DNA from: Vicugna vicugna
Lineage: Eukaryota
Assembly: GCA_013265495.1 (NCBI GenBank)
Contig: MU060261.1
Span: 5,991,388 to 6,055,387, forward strand
Length of the DNA: 64,000 nt
Reading direction: 5' to 3'
The notes beneath the pieces are model-generated. The model did no database searches. It worked only from the letters and a program-made list of their open reading frames with translations, and had not been told where the DNA came from. Numbering within the stretch: the first letter of the stretch is position 1; each line of letters starts with the position of its first letter. The position numbers and the translations under genes were made by a program. Below, piece after piece: positions 13,001 to 23,800 of the stretch.

Positions 13001-16000
13001 TTTCCCTCAGTTTTTCTTCAACACGTAGAACCTGCTACTGCTGCAAGTTAGTGAATGTTAGCAGTGAAACAGTTCTAAATTAACATTAATGAAAACACAA
13101 AATGACTGATCATGCTTGGTCAAAAACACTGCTTTCTCTTTATGGACATGTGTTTGATTTTGATTTTGATTTTACATTTTACATCTAGACTATACCATGT
13201 CTTCTACCAGTAAAGTTCTCATAGTTTATATAATGGACTGAATTATACCTGTAAGTCATGGTCTACTACAAAGAAACTTATAAAGACCACTATGGTTTCC
13301 AAAGTAATTTTCCCCAAGATGAATTGACAACCATGGTTGACTGATGAACAACTTCGATAACTAATGGCTGCTTTAAGTAGAGTTGCCAGGACAGAGACGT
13401 AGAACAAGAAATCACCAAACCCATTCCTCAGCCCAGGCTCCTGGGCCCCAAACTTACCTTGCTGTTGACACAGTAAGGGTGATAGCACTGAGAGCACTGG
13501 GAACAAGCAAGGAGGTGGCCCTCGGCCCCCCGGCCAAAGCTGCCACACACCACACACATGTCCTGGGGAAACACATAGAAACCCGAATGTCCAACCTGGT
13601 ATCCTCAACACCACTCAGACTCGGCAACTGACTACAAGACTCATCTGAGAGGAGGGAGTCGGACAACCAAAAGTCTATCCTCAGCTCTAGGACACTGTAA
13701 GCCATCATGGGACCCTGTTCCTTCTTAGCTTGCCTTGTTCATCTGATCAGGTAATTTGAAATGATACAGCCTGACGTGGAAAAGGTAGTGAGAAATGAAA
13801 GGAAGATAAGATGAGCAAAGACTGGTCAGGATGAGGGAGTAACATGTGACAAAATTCTATAGCTTCAAGATTACTCGTGTTCCCTAGACTATAAACTTCA
13901 AGAGGGCAGAAACCATTTCTGCCTTTTTCACTGCTACATCCCAAATACCTAGCTCAGTGTCAAGCTCAACTTCTGGTATCCCCAGAAGCAGGTCCCTGGT
14001 TTTCCCCATTTACTCTCCCACCAAAACACACACCCCCAATGTTCAGTGTGCCAGGCCCCACTGCTGAAGATGGGACTACAGCAGTCAAGTACGGTACCTG
14101 CATCAGGACAAACTTGTCTGTGTTGGAGAAAAGAACCACAGTATTTTGCATGGTGTCATCATCATCATCTTCCTCCTCCTTGCTGGGAGAGCTATCGATA
14201 TCAGCAACCTTATGGGCAGAGAGTTGTGGAAAGTGAGGCAGCTAAATTTGCCCCAACTAAGCTGCTTTCCTCTTTGGTGTTGGGGGAAGGTGGCATAAAT
14301 CCCTGGCTAAGATGAAAGCCAGGAGCCAGGACTAAGCAGCAGAACACCCCAGCTCCCAAACTGGGCCTCAGCCTGACATTAGATTTCAGAGAAGCCTGGA
14401 GGACAAGTGGACAGAAGGAGCACAGACATAGCTGGTCAGGCCCTAGGCTAGCAGGCAGGCAGGTGAGCGTGCAGGGGACTGGCAGGATTTAAAGGGTGTT
14501 TAATCTTGAAGGGGCCAGCTGAAGCACGTTTGGGGGATGGGAGGCCTCTCCTTACTACCAGAGTCTCAATGGAAGAAGTAGTTGATTTTAGCCGGGCCCG
14601 TCCTCTCCCACGTCCTCCATGTGCTCCTCCACGTGGCCGGCGTCTTCCTGGGAAACTACTGCTGCGCCCCTGAGTGAGGGATTACAGGAGCAAGTCAAGG
14701 GCTAAGATGATGGGTCCACAGGCTTGGAGGGAAGAGAAGAGACGAATGGACAGAACATGGCAGGTAACAAAGCCCAAGAATCCCAGTCAGGGCCAGGGGA
14801 AAAGCAACAGCAACAGGTAGGTAGCTCTGGCTCAAACCACTCCCCGCCAACCCCCACCAAAGAGCAGCCAATGTGGTACAACAAGAAAAAATATTGGCTT
14901 GACAGACCAGAGTTTCTAGTCCCAAGCCTATGACTGAGTAACCATGAACCTGGGCAAATCACTTCCCCCTCTAAGTATCAATAATTCTCTTTAATAAAAT
15001 AAAAGGATGGACTCAAGATCTCTGAGAGCCTAGGATTCAATAAGCCAGGTGGGACGGTATCAGTGACACAGGACTGTACCTCTGACAGTGGCATGACATC
15101 GGACACATCCAGTGGCTGGAGAGCCCCTCACCTGTTTGATGCGGGAACGAGCCGGGGAGCTGCGCCGCCTCCCCTTGTCCCCCTCGGCTTTGCCTCCTCC
15201 AATAGCTGTCCCAGCGTCACACAATAGTGAGTCATCAGTCTCTGGCAGAGAGTCGGTACAGAGCCGCAGGGAGCCCTCATCCCGGGCTGGACTGACGTCT
15301 GTAGATACCCCCAGCTCCATGGATAAGGAGCCACCCCCCTCAGGGTCAGGAGAGCCCAGCAGGGGCTCTGAGCCAGGAAAACTGGCACTGGCATCGCCTT
15401 GACTCAGATTAGAGATTTCATTAACGATGTCGGATTTGATGAGAGTAGGTGGGGTAGGGGCCACTGGTGCACGTGGCTCCTCTTGCTCTTCACAGGGTGA
15501 GCCCTGCCCTGCCTGCTTGCATTCTGGGCCATAGACCTCCATAGGGGTCACAGGGGCCAGCTCCTCGGGGTCCAGGAGCACAGGAGAACCCTTAAGTTCA
15601 CTAGCCAAACTGCCAGGGGTCTGTCCAGCTTCTGGCTGTGAACCAGGAGTGTCAGTCCCATCCAGAGGGGCTGTGTCCTCCCCCAAGCCAGAGAAGTCAT
15701 CCAGGGCTGGAGCAGGGCTGGGTGCAGGGCAGGAAAGGTTCCCCATGGGAGAGGGAAGAGGACTAGTCGGGCTGGGTTCCAAGGCTGGGCACTCAGGTTC
15801 TGGGACTTTCTCAGTCTCCATGTCATGTGGCTCAGCCTCATCTGACACCTCCACTGCCTTCTCCACGGGACTCAGTGGGGAAGGAATGGACAGTGGCAGA
15901 GCAGGAGGAGAGCACTGGGAAGGAGGGGAGTTTGGGGGAGGCAGGGAATGCTGGAGGAGTGGAGAACGAGGGGGAAGGGGCTCCATCAAGATGGGAGAGG

Positions 16001-19000
16001 CCGGTCCCATTGGGGAGCCTGGAGAGGGGGGAAGGATCATTGGGGGCACAGGCTCAGGGTCAGTGCAGTTAGCTTCTGGTGGAGGGCTGATAGGTGTCTC
16101 TAGGATGGGGGCAGCCAATGGTGACTCAGGGTCACTGTCCCCTTTGGCACCAAAGGGGTACTCCAACTCTCCCAAAGGAGACAAGGCCGGTGGGGCCACA
16201 GCTGTGATAATGGGTGAGAGTGGAGGAGGAAGGGGATCTGGAGGGAAAGAGAAAAAAGAGAGGCTATTAGATGTGCCATAAAGAGTTAAGACAGTCCCAG
16301 AGTAAGAGGGTACTAACATCCCCTTACCTGGTGGCATCAGCTGAGGTGACAAAGACGGCTCCCCAGATGGGGACAACGGCAGCTCCTCAGGCAAAGGGGA
16401 CAGAGGTGGTTCCCCAGGCTCAGACAGGGCCGGCTCTCCAAGCAAGGGGGATAGCGGTGGCTCCCCAGGTGGGAGGAATAAGGGCAATTCATCAGGTGCA
16501 GGGCAGAGGCCTAGCTCCTCAGGGGGCTCTTCAGGTCGAGGGGACAAGCATGGCTTCTCAGGCCGGGGGGACAGACATGGATCCTCAGGCCCAAGGGACA
16601 GATGCGGCTCCTCAGGCTGGGGGGACAGGCGTGGCTCCTCAGACCGAGGGGACAGGCATGGGTCCTCAGGCACTGGGGACATCTGCGGCTCCTCAAGCCG
16701 GGGGGACAGATGCAGCTCCTCAGGTGCAGGGGACAGACTCGGCTCCTCAGGTGCAGGGGACAGACAAGATTCCTCAGGTCGGGGGGAGAGATGCAGCTCC
16801 TCAGGCCGGGGGGACAGGCGGGGCTCCTCAGGTCCAGGGGACAGATGCAGCTCCTCAGGCCGGGGGGACAGATGCAGCTCCTCAGGCCGAGGGGACAGAT
16901 GCAGCTCCTCAGGCACAGGGGACAGGCGTGGCTCCTCAGGCCGGGGGGACAGATGCAGCTCCTCAGGCGCAGGGGACAGGCGTGGCTCCTCAGGCAGTGG
17001 CGACAGGGGTGACTCCTCCAGCGGTAGGGACATAAGCAAGTCCTCCGGTGCCGGGGAAGCAGGTGAATCTTCAGGTGGCGGGGATGTGGGTGAGTCCTCA
17101 GGTGGTGGGGACAGGCGTGAAGCCTCAGGTGGAGGGGATGTGGGAGACTCCTCAGGTGGTGGGGACAGGGGAGATTCCTCAGGCGGTGGGGACAAGCGTG
17201 ACACCTCAGGCAGGGGAGACAGGCATGATACCTCAGGTGGTGGGGACATAGGCGAGTCTTCAGGTGGTGGGGACATGGGTGAGTCCTCAGGTGGTGGGGA
17301 CAGGCGTGACGCCTCAGGGGGTGGGGAGAGAGGAGATTCCTCTGGTGGAGGGGACAAGGGCGATTCTTCAAATGGTGGGAAAAGACGAGATGCCTCAGGT
17401 GGTGGAGACATGGGTGACTCTTCAGGTGGAGGGGACATGGGAGACTCCTCGGGTGGTGGAGACAGGCGAGATGCTTCAGGTGGTGGGGAAGTGGGCAATT
17501 CCTCAGGTGGAGGGGACAGGGGAGACTCCTCAAGTGGTGGGGACAGGGGTGATGCTTCAGGTGGCGGGGACAGGGGTGTCTCAAGGGGGGGAGATGGATG
17601 TGTGAGGGGGGGGAGATGGGGGAGACTCCTCTGGTGGAGAGAAGGGTGACTCCTCCAGTGGAGAAAAAGGTGATGACTCGGGTGGGGGAGACAGAGGAGA
17701 CTCCTCAGGCGGTGGAGAGAGGGGTGATTCCTCAGGCGGTGGGGACAGGCGCGATGCCTCAGGCGGCGGGGATGTGGGTGATTCCTCAGGTGGTGGGGAC
17801 AGGGGCGACTCTTCAGGTGGGGGCAGCAGTGGCATCTCCTCATTTAGGGGGGCCTCCAACTGGGGCTCAAGTTGGGCCCCTGCTCTCCCTGCAGACATAA
17901 TACACTATGCTCCTACCTAGCTCAGCTGCACTCCACAGAAAGTACAGGGTCTGGGGCAAAGCAGAAACTATCCCTTGCCACAGAATAGAAGGGGTAACTT
18001 TCAGGGACCCTCAAACCCTACTCACCTAGTGGTTTGGCTTCACATTGCAGGGGCCCCGGTTCCTTGGGTTGCATAGAGGTCACGCGCCCACCCTTTGGCT
18101 GCCCTTGGCATGCAACGTACAGAGCATCGGGCTCATCAGTAGGGGTATCGCCAGGCTCTGGGGGTGAGAATCTGCAGAGGGTACAGGGGAGCAGGCATCG
18201 TGGCTCTCATCAGCTATCAACTCCTAGAGAGCACCCTGGGGCAAGGCACGAGCACTATGGATTGCACTGCCCACCTGAGGACTCTCCTCTCAAAGTCAGC
18301 CTGCTTTAACACGACCCTTGCCAATCTCAGTACTTCCGATCCCCCATCCCAGTCCCCGCCAGTCCAAACCACTTACCTGCTGCGGACAGGGGGATGCTGC
18401 TCGGCAACAGAACTGATAGGCTGTCCTCCCTGGGCTTTGTGACAGCGGTGACAGAGTGAGTAGTTCTCAAACCACTCAGAGTTGGGATTCAGCTCTGCTG
18501 AGCCTGCCCCACAGGCCCGACATACCCGACATGCCTAGGGGAAGGGAGGAGGCAAAACAGGCACTGGTCAGACAGTGGAGACTGGAGGAGAGCACAGGAC
18601 TCGTCACCACGTAGAAACTCAGGCTGTTGTGAGAGGCGGAATTAGGGAAAGTAAGGCAGAATCCGGGGACTCACTTTGCACTTCCAAGAGTGAGCAGGCA
18701 GTTCCTCTATAGGTGGTTTCAGGCAGAAGGTATGGTATCCTTTGTCACATGTCTCACAGACCAACATCTTAGAGTCATTCCCAGGTTTCCTGCAGGGGCA
18801 CAGGGCACATAATGAGGTCCTCCCTGCCCTCATTTTCAACCCTAACCTGTGCTTCGCCTAAGACTTTCCTCTTGCCCTCCCATTCTTACCTGCAAGCTTG
18901 GCACACTTTGCACTCAGGGCACTGCCAGCCAGCACGCTTGCGGGCAGTCAGAGCAGTGTCCAGGCAGGCCCCGTGATAGTGATGCCCACAGCTGGTACAG

Positions 19001-20801
19001 AAGAACAGGTCACACAATTCCCCCGGCCCCTCGCATACTGCACAGCGAGCCTCCTCTGCAGTGGGAAGGGACAGAGGACATGGGTCCGTGATGGATTCCA
19101 TACAGGACTCAGCACAGTGCTATCTACATGACAGGCATTCCATGACATAGAATGAACAAATAACAAATAGCTACTAAGTGTCTGCCTAATATATGCCAGG
19201 CACTACTCCAGGCACTGTAGACACTTTGGTAAATGAGACAAGCAAAGCCCCTGCACTCTCAAAGTCCACACCTATTTTAGGTGGGGCAGACTGATAGTAT
19301 ATAATTATAGACTGAGGGCTCTGCACAGTACAAAACCCCCAGGCACACTTGACCCCTCATTTGCCCTATATTAAAAGGGTAGGACTTCTCACCTAGATGT
19401 GCGGCCCCCTCACTGTGCTCCGGGCATAGCAGCTGCAGTGTTTTCATGGATAAGAAGGAACCGCTGGCAGTCGCACAGGGGAAGTGGTAAAGACGTGGAC
19501 ATTCGGGTGATCGGCAAGGGATGGAGGCACCGAGCCTGGTGCAGTGGGAGCAGCGCTGCCAGAGTGGAGACAAAGCCTCAGTGCTAGCCAGCTCCCTTCA
19601 GAGTGACAGGTCAAGCACTAACTTTGCCCTTGTATGCCCCCGGCCCTTCTCATTCTACCCTCTCAGAAGCCCACAGGCCCACCACTGCCCTTTGCCTATG
19701 NNNNNNNNNNNNNNNNNNNNNNNNNNNNNNNNNNNNNNNNNNNNNNNNNNNNNNNNNNNNNNNNNNNNNNNNNNNNNNNNNNNNNNNNNNNNNNNNNNNN
19801 NNNNNNNNNNNNNNNNNNNNNNNNNNNNNNNNNNNNNNNNGGTGGAAAGATGGAAACAGAAAGGAAAAAGTTAATAGGAACATGATCACTGGCTCAGGAC
19901 CACCCAGCCCCCACCCCGTTTCCTGCCCAAGTCAGCTACCCTACTTTCCTTCACTTACCTCCAGGTTCTCCTAGGTGGGCAGGTGTCAGACCCTCAGGGA
20001 AACCAATCTGTGATAGGTCCTCGCTGGGCAGCGCTGCCTCATNNNNNNNNNNNNNNNNNNNNNNNNNNNNNNNNNNNNNNNNNNNNNNNNNNNNNNNNNN
20101 NNNNNNNNNNNNNNNNNNNNNNNNNNNNNNNNNNNNNNNNNNNNNNNNNNNNNNNNNNNNNNNNNNNNNNNNNNNNNNNNNNCTGTGAACACACAAGCAT
20201 CAGCACCATGCCAGCCCTGCCCACAGGCACCCCTGACAACCCCATGATTTGGCACACCCATGCTTCCCAAACACTCATGTTCCTAAATCTTCCTCCTTAA
20301 AAGCCCTAGACTGTCAAATCAAATCCCCTTATGTCCTTATATTCTCATTTCCCCAAACTAGTTACCTGCAGTCCTGGGGAGGCTCCTGAAGCCTGGGACC
20401 CCCAGAACTGGGCACAGAGACCTCCCCCACGTGTGGTTTGGGAAGGTCTGGCTCAGTGGCGCCTGACTCCTCGGAGGCTGCAGGTCCATCAGCTGAATGA
20501 ACACACAGAGAAGCAAGCATCAACCATTATCCTCTATTTAATACTAGTCCACTCATCAGACCCATGAGATTATCCAAAACCCCAGGTGGATCACAGTGAT
20601 GGCATTTCAACTTTTGTCCCAAAGAACAAAGTCCTTCAATTACCTGTCTATCAGACAGACTTAGTTCCTGTCCTTGTGCTAGGACCAGAGATCTAAGGTT
20701 GCCTGGGAAGAGCAGAAAACTGCAAGCAAACCTAGAATTTTGCCCTACTCACCTGCTGGTTCTGAATCTTTATCCTCACCAGGCGGCTTCGGGCTGTCCA
20801 T
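1..20801 (-). CDS. KMT2D: Histone-lysine N-methyltransferase 2D (MLL2/MLL4), 5' partial: coding exons 1-39; FYR/SET C-terminus lies left of the window
   Basis: ATG at 20801 ([16 protein letters not shown]). Exons with visible GT-AG boundaries unless noted: 20753-20801, 20366-20492, 19959-20182 (part N), exon 4 inferred inside gap 19701-19840, 19393-19555, 18890-19055, 18675-18789, 18377-18534, 18026-18171, 16328-17888, 15132-16237, 14556-14669, 14098-14208, 13458-13562, 12544-12725, 12200-12364, 11995-12104, 11855-11902, 10993-11214, 10641-10760, ~10447-10551 (inferred, in gap), 10088-10218, 9854-10001, 9587-9652, 9296-9406, 8957-9094, 8787-8871, 8315-8556, 8143-8216, 7884-7934, 5948-7759, 5665-5844, 5451-5587, 3362-5229, 1896-2019, 1675-1759, 1504-1570, 1160-1392, <1-~1050 (acceptor probably in gap 935-1087). 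Peptides match KMT2D PHD fingers, SPPPEESP repeats, HMG-like segment, LxxLL motifs and polyQ. Exon 10 is frameshifted as assembled (see findings). Confidence 0.98.
2680..2875 (+). mobile_element. MIR SINE remnant (KMT2D intron 34)
   Basis: tgtgtgatcttgggcaagttacttaaactccatgcctcagtttcc resembles the MIR core. Confidence 0.7.
3362..5229 (-). CDS. KMT2D: KMT2D exon 34 (1868 bp)
   Basis: ORF 3312..5222 ([14 protein letters not shown]...LANSFFPDT) contains LDDLL and IEDLL LxxLL-type motifs and polyQ runs. Confidence 0.96.
5948..7759 (-). CDS. KMT2D: KMT2D exon 31 (1812 bp, includes N gap 6205-6384)
   Basis: ORF 5939..7726 matches the KMT2D proline-rich region; TAGCAG acceptor and GTGAGT donor. 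Confidence 0.96.
11670..11815 (+). mobile_element. MIR remnant (KMT2D intron 18)
   Basis: gggtgactttgggcatgccactcaaccttcccaggtcttagtttcttcctctggaaatgagg resembles the MIR core. Confidence 0.55.
11995..13562 (-). CDS. KMT2D: KMT2D exons 14-17 encoding the second PHD finger cluster (PHD4-6)
   Basis: [89 protein letters not shown]. Confidence 0.95.
15132..16237 (-). CDS. KMT2D: KMT2D exon 11
   Basis: [12 protein letters not shown]...SPARSRIKQ with flanking AG/GT; 1106 bp, correct phase. Confidence 0.96.
16328..17888 (-). CDS. KMT2D: KMT2D exon 10 (1561 bp as assembled), proline/serine-rich 9-aa repeat arrays
   Basis: Acceptor at 17889-17890, donor at 16326-16327. The 5' part is in ORF 17581..17898 and the rest is in ORF 15060..17843, a different frame. 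Confidence 0.95.
16500..17860 (-). repeat. Coding 27-bp tandem repeat arrays (S-P-P-P-E-E-S-P-L type, then L-S-P-R-P-E-E-L-H type)
   Basis: Repeated ggggacag...ctcctcagg units on the plus strand; 9-aa periodicity in the translation. Confidence 0.93.
18377..19555 (-). CDS. KMT2D: KMT2D exons 5-8 encoding the N-terminal PHD finger cluster
   Basis: [85 protein letters not shown] show Cys/His PHD spacing. Confidence 0.95.
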
Positions 20802-20838
20802 CCCTCTCTCCGACTGGGCAGGGCCCTCTCGGGGAGAC
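20802..20838 (-). other. KMT2D: 5' UTR part of the first coding exon of KMT2D; an upstream non-coding exon is implied
   Basis: Acceptor ctgacag|GTCTCCCCG 37 nt upstream of the ATG; CpG island about 5 kb further upstream. Confidence 0.7.
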
Positions 20839-23800
20839 CTGTCAGGGCCAAGAGATACCTATTTGTAATAAGTCTCCCCACTAAACACTTTCCCAACAGT
20901 CTTAGAAAGAAAGCAGCTAATGTTATCTAGACTCTACAGAAATCAGAGCAAAACCAAAAAACTAAAACTCCTGTACTAATGACAAGGAAAGTTCGCCCCA
21001 ACCCTTATCCCACTGCTACTTCCTCTCCAGATAAACACATACCCTTCTCCTCCCACTCTGGATTTTCAGGGGATCCACTCCCCTTTCCCACTTTCCACCT
21101 CTTGGACAAGAGTTCCCAGGGCAATAGTATCCAACTAGAATCACATCAAATTTACATCTAGTAAGACCCTTTGCCTCATGTCTGAGTTCTTGACTTCTGG
21201 AGGGCCCTATCCCCTGGACTTTTTCTCAGGTCCCAAAGTCAGCTACCATCCTAGAGATCTTTCAGCACCAACCCAGGGGTAGTCACAACCCAGGAAGTCT
21301 GATTCCAGCCGAAATCCCTCTCCTAGAGACAAAGTCTGGGGTCCTGCAGGATGTAGAACACATTACTAGAACTGAAGCCCAGCTATGAATGGATCTCCCC
21401 CACTTTCACTGCTTTCAACCAGAACATCTCAATCACAACAGAAGAAACTCCCCAATTTCCACCCACTGCCCCTCTAAATCCAGCTCAGTCCCAGTCCCTG
21501 GCCCATACCATGACTGAGCTCAGGATCTCACCCAGCCTGAAGGCCTCAGGTCGTTGCCCTTAGCAACGCCAACTGCCCTTCCTCCTCAGATGTCCCTAGT
21601 AGTTAACAGAAGTGGGCCTTAAGAGTTACTGAGCATGTGTAGCCAGGCCTGAGGCTAGGCATGCTGGGAGTTGTAGTCTCAGGAAGCACACTGCCACTTG
21701 GAGGAGTTCTAAACGGGGCAGGACACAGCAAAGTAGCTTCCTTCCTCTTCCGTCAAGCAGGGTTTCCACACATACTATGGGGGTGGGGGGTAACGGTCCC
21801 CTCTTCTAAGACATGTCTGCCTATCTCAGAGCCAAATGAAACACACTAAAGTTGTACCTAAGAAGGTTGAAACCCACACCTTTTGGCACATTTTCCTAAA
21901 CCTCAGAGGAAACCTAAACACAGTATGAAAAAGAGAGAAGTAAAGAGTAAGAATTAAAGAGCTGAGGAAGAGGGAAGGGGTCCCCTAGAAGGGAGAGAGG
22001 TTAGGTGTCAGCCGCTCTTAGTGGGAAGAGTAGGGGCTTAAGCAGAGAAACAAAGTATAGTTTTCCTACAAAAGGCGGAGGGAAATCCCCCGAACAGAAC
22101 TCAAAGTAAAAGTTTGAGAAATGTATCTTTCACCTTTCCACTCCTCTTGTTTAACCAGAGGGACCACATCAATCTTACTAAGGACAAGACTCTCTTCCCA
22201 AACCAAACACCCCAGTCAGCCACTTGGGGTTGAGTGACTGGGACAGATGAGACGGGGAACCCTCAAAGATGTCCAGGATCCATAAATCAATTACCTAAGA
22301 CCCACATTATCAATCCTCTTTCCCTGAGCTAACGCTCCACTTCCAGGGACTGGCAATGGGCCTCAAGTGACATGCTACAGGAAGGAAAGTTTTCTTTTAC
22401 TTTTTTCCCCTCCCAATATGAGATTCTACTAGATTGAGAAAGTGAAATATCACCTGATACCTGTCACCTCTATTCCCAGATCATCTCTTTCCTAAACCTG
22501 CCACACAATCACGCCTGAAAGGAAAGCAGGGTGGTCATCTGGCCAGCCCACAGAAAAGCTGCTCTGGAACTTCAGGGGACCCTAGAAGCCACCTATGGGA
22601 AGTAGAGGTTGGAGATCAGGGCACCAGCCAGGCTCCTCTTCCTATCCAGTGACTATTCAAGGCTTGACCACACCCAGAAGGTTTCAAAGTTTCCTAAATG
22701 TGTACAACTTTTTCTGTACCTTACCACTACATGCCCCCAAGATCTTCCACTGCTCTGCTCTCAAAATTGAGGCCAAAGGAGTCACAAACAGCAAGAAATA
22801 AAAAGCAACAGTGATAGTACACTGGGTGGGAGGAGGACTGCCTCACACAAGGCCAGAGGGACAAATTCCTCTGCCCTCCCCCGAGCGCAGCCCTCTCAAA
22901 CTGGTAAGGCTGGCACTGCTTGGGGAGGTACAGAAACCACCTTCGTCCAGCCTTGGGAGACGGTACCAACATCCTCCAAAGCTAGAGCCTCATTCATGGG
23001 ACCAAGGAAGATACGAGATCAAGAAGCAAAGGGCAGAGTGTCCTCCAAGCTGTATCAAAAAGAATCTAAGAACACCTCCCATGTCCCTACCCTGCAGTCT
23101 AACACCTGCACCCCTATGCTGAGCCCCAGTTGTCAGGTGCCTGAACAGATCTAAACAAATAAAGACCATAGTTTTCCTTGTCTCATCATTCAGTCAGAAA
23201 CCACACAGACCCACCAAGGGTTTTTTTCCTGGATCTAAACTGGATTAATGCCAGGCCAGGCTTCCTCTGGGGAACTAGGGATACCAGAGAAATACAGATC
23301 TAGGGAATAAAACTGCTGGGTCCCCTTAATCCTGGGCCTAAGAGGCCGAAAGCAGCAAGAAAGAAGGCAGAGATTCAGCTCAACCCACTCTCCTCTCAGC
23401 CTCCATCCCAGACCAAAAGCTTTAACTCCATTTTCCCAGCCAAAGGGGAAATGGAGGCTTGGAGAGGTGAAAGGCTGAAGCAGGCCCTTGAGTGAACAGC
23501 TCTTCTGTAGGACTCAAGACTTCCTGGTTCCCAGCCTGAGAATCAAACCACACCTCTCCCCACCCCCATTTTGGGTCGGCCCTCCAGGGAAGAATCCAAA
23601 TGGCAACAGTGGTCCTGTAGGCCGTCCAGACTATCCCTGGGTCATCCTAGGGTCAGCCACAGCTAAAAAGGAGAGGTCTCTCCTAAGGATGTTCTTCAGG
23701 GACAGACAACGGGAGAGGACCTCCATAGGAGGCAAGGGCAGAGAGCATGGGTGACAGTTAGCCTCACTCCAGCACCCCTGTGTCACCTTTCACCTCAGGC

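Noticed and set aside
16271-17649. Long alternative-frame and antisense ORFs over exon 10 (16271..17035 +, 16511..17584 -, 17086..17649 +)
   Set aside because: By-products of the 27-bp GC-rich coding repeat, whose units lack stops in several frames; no independent signals.
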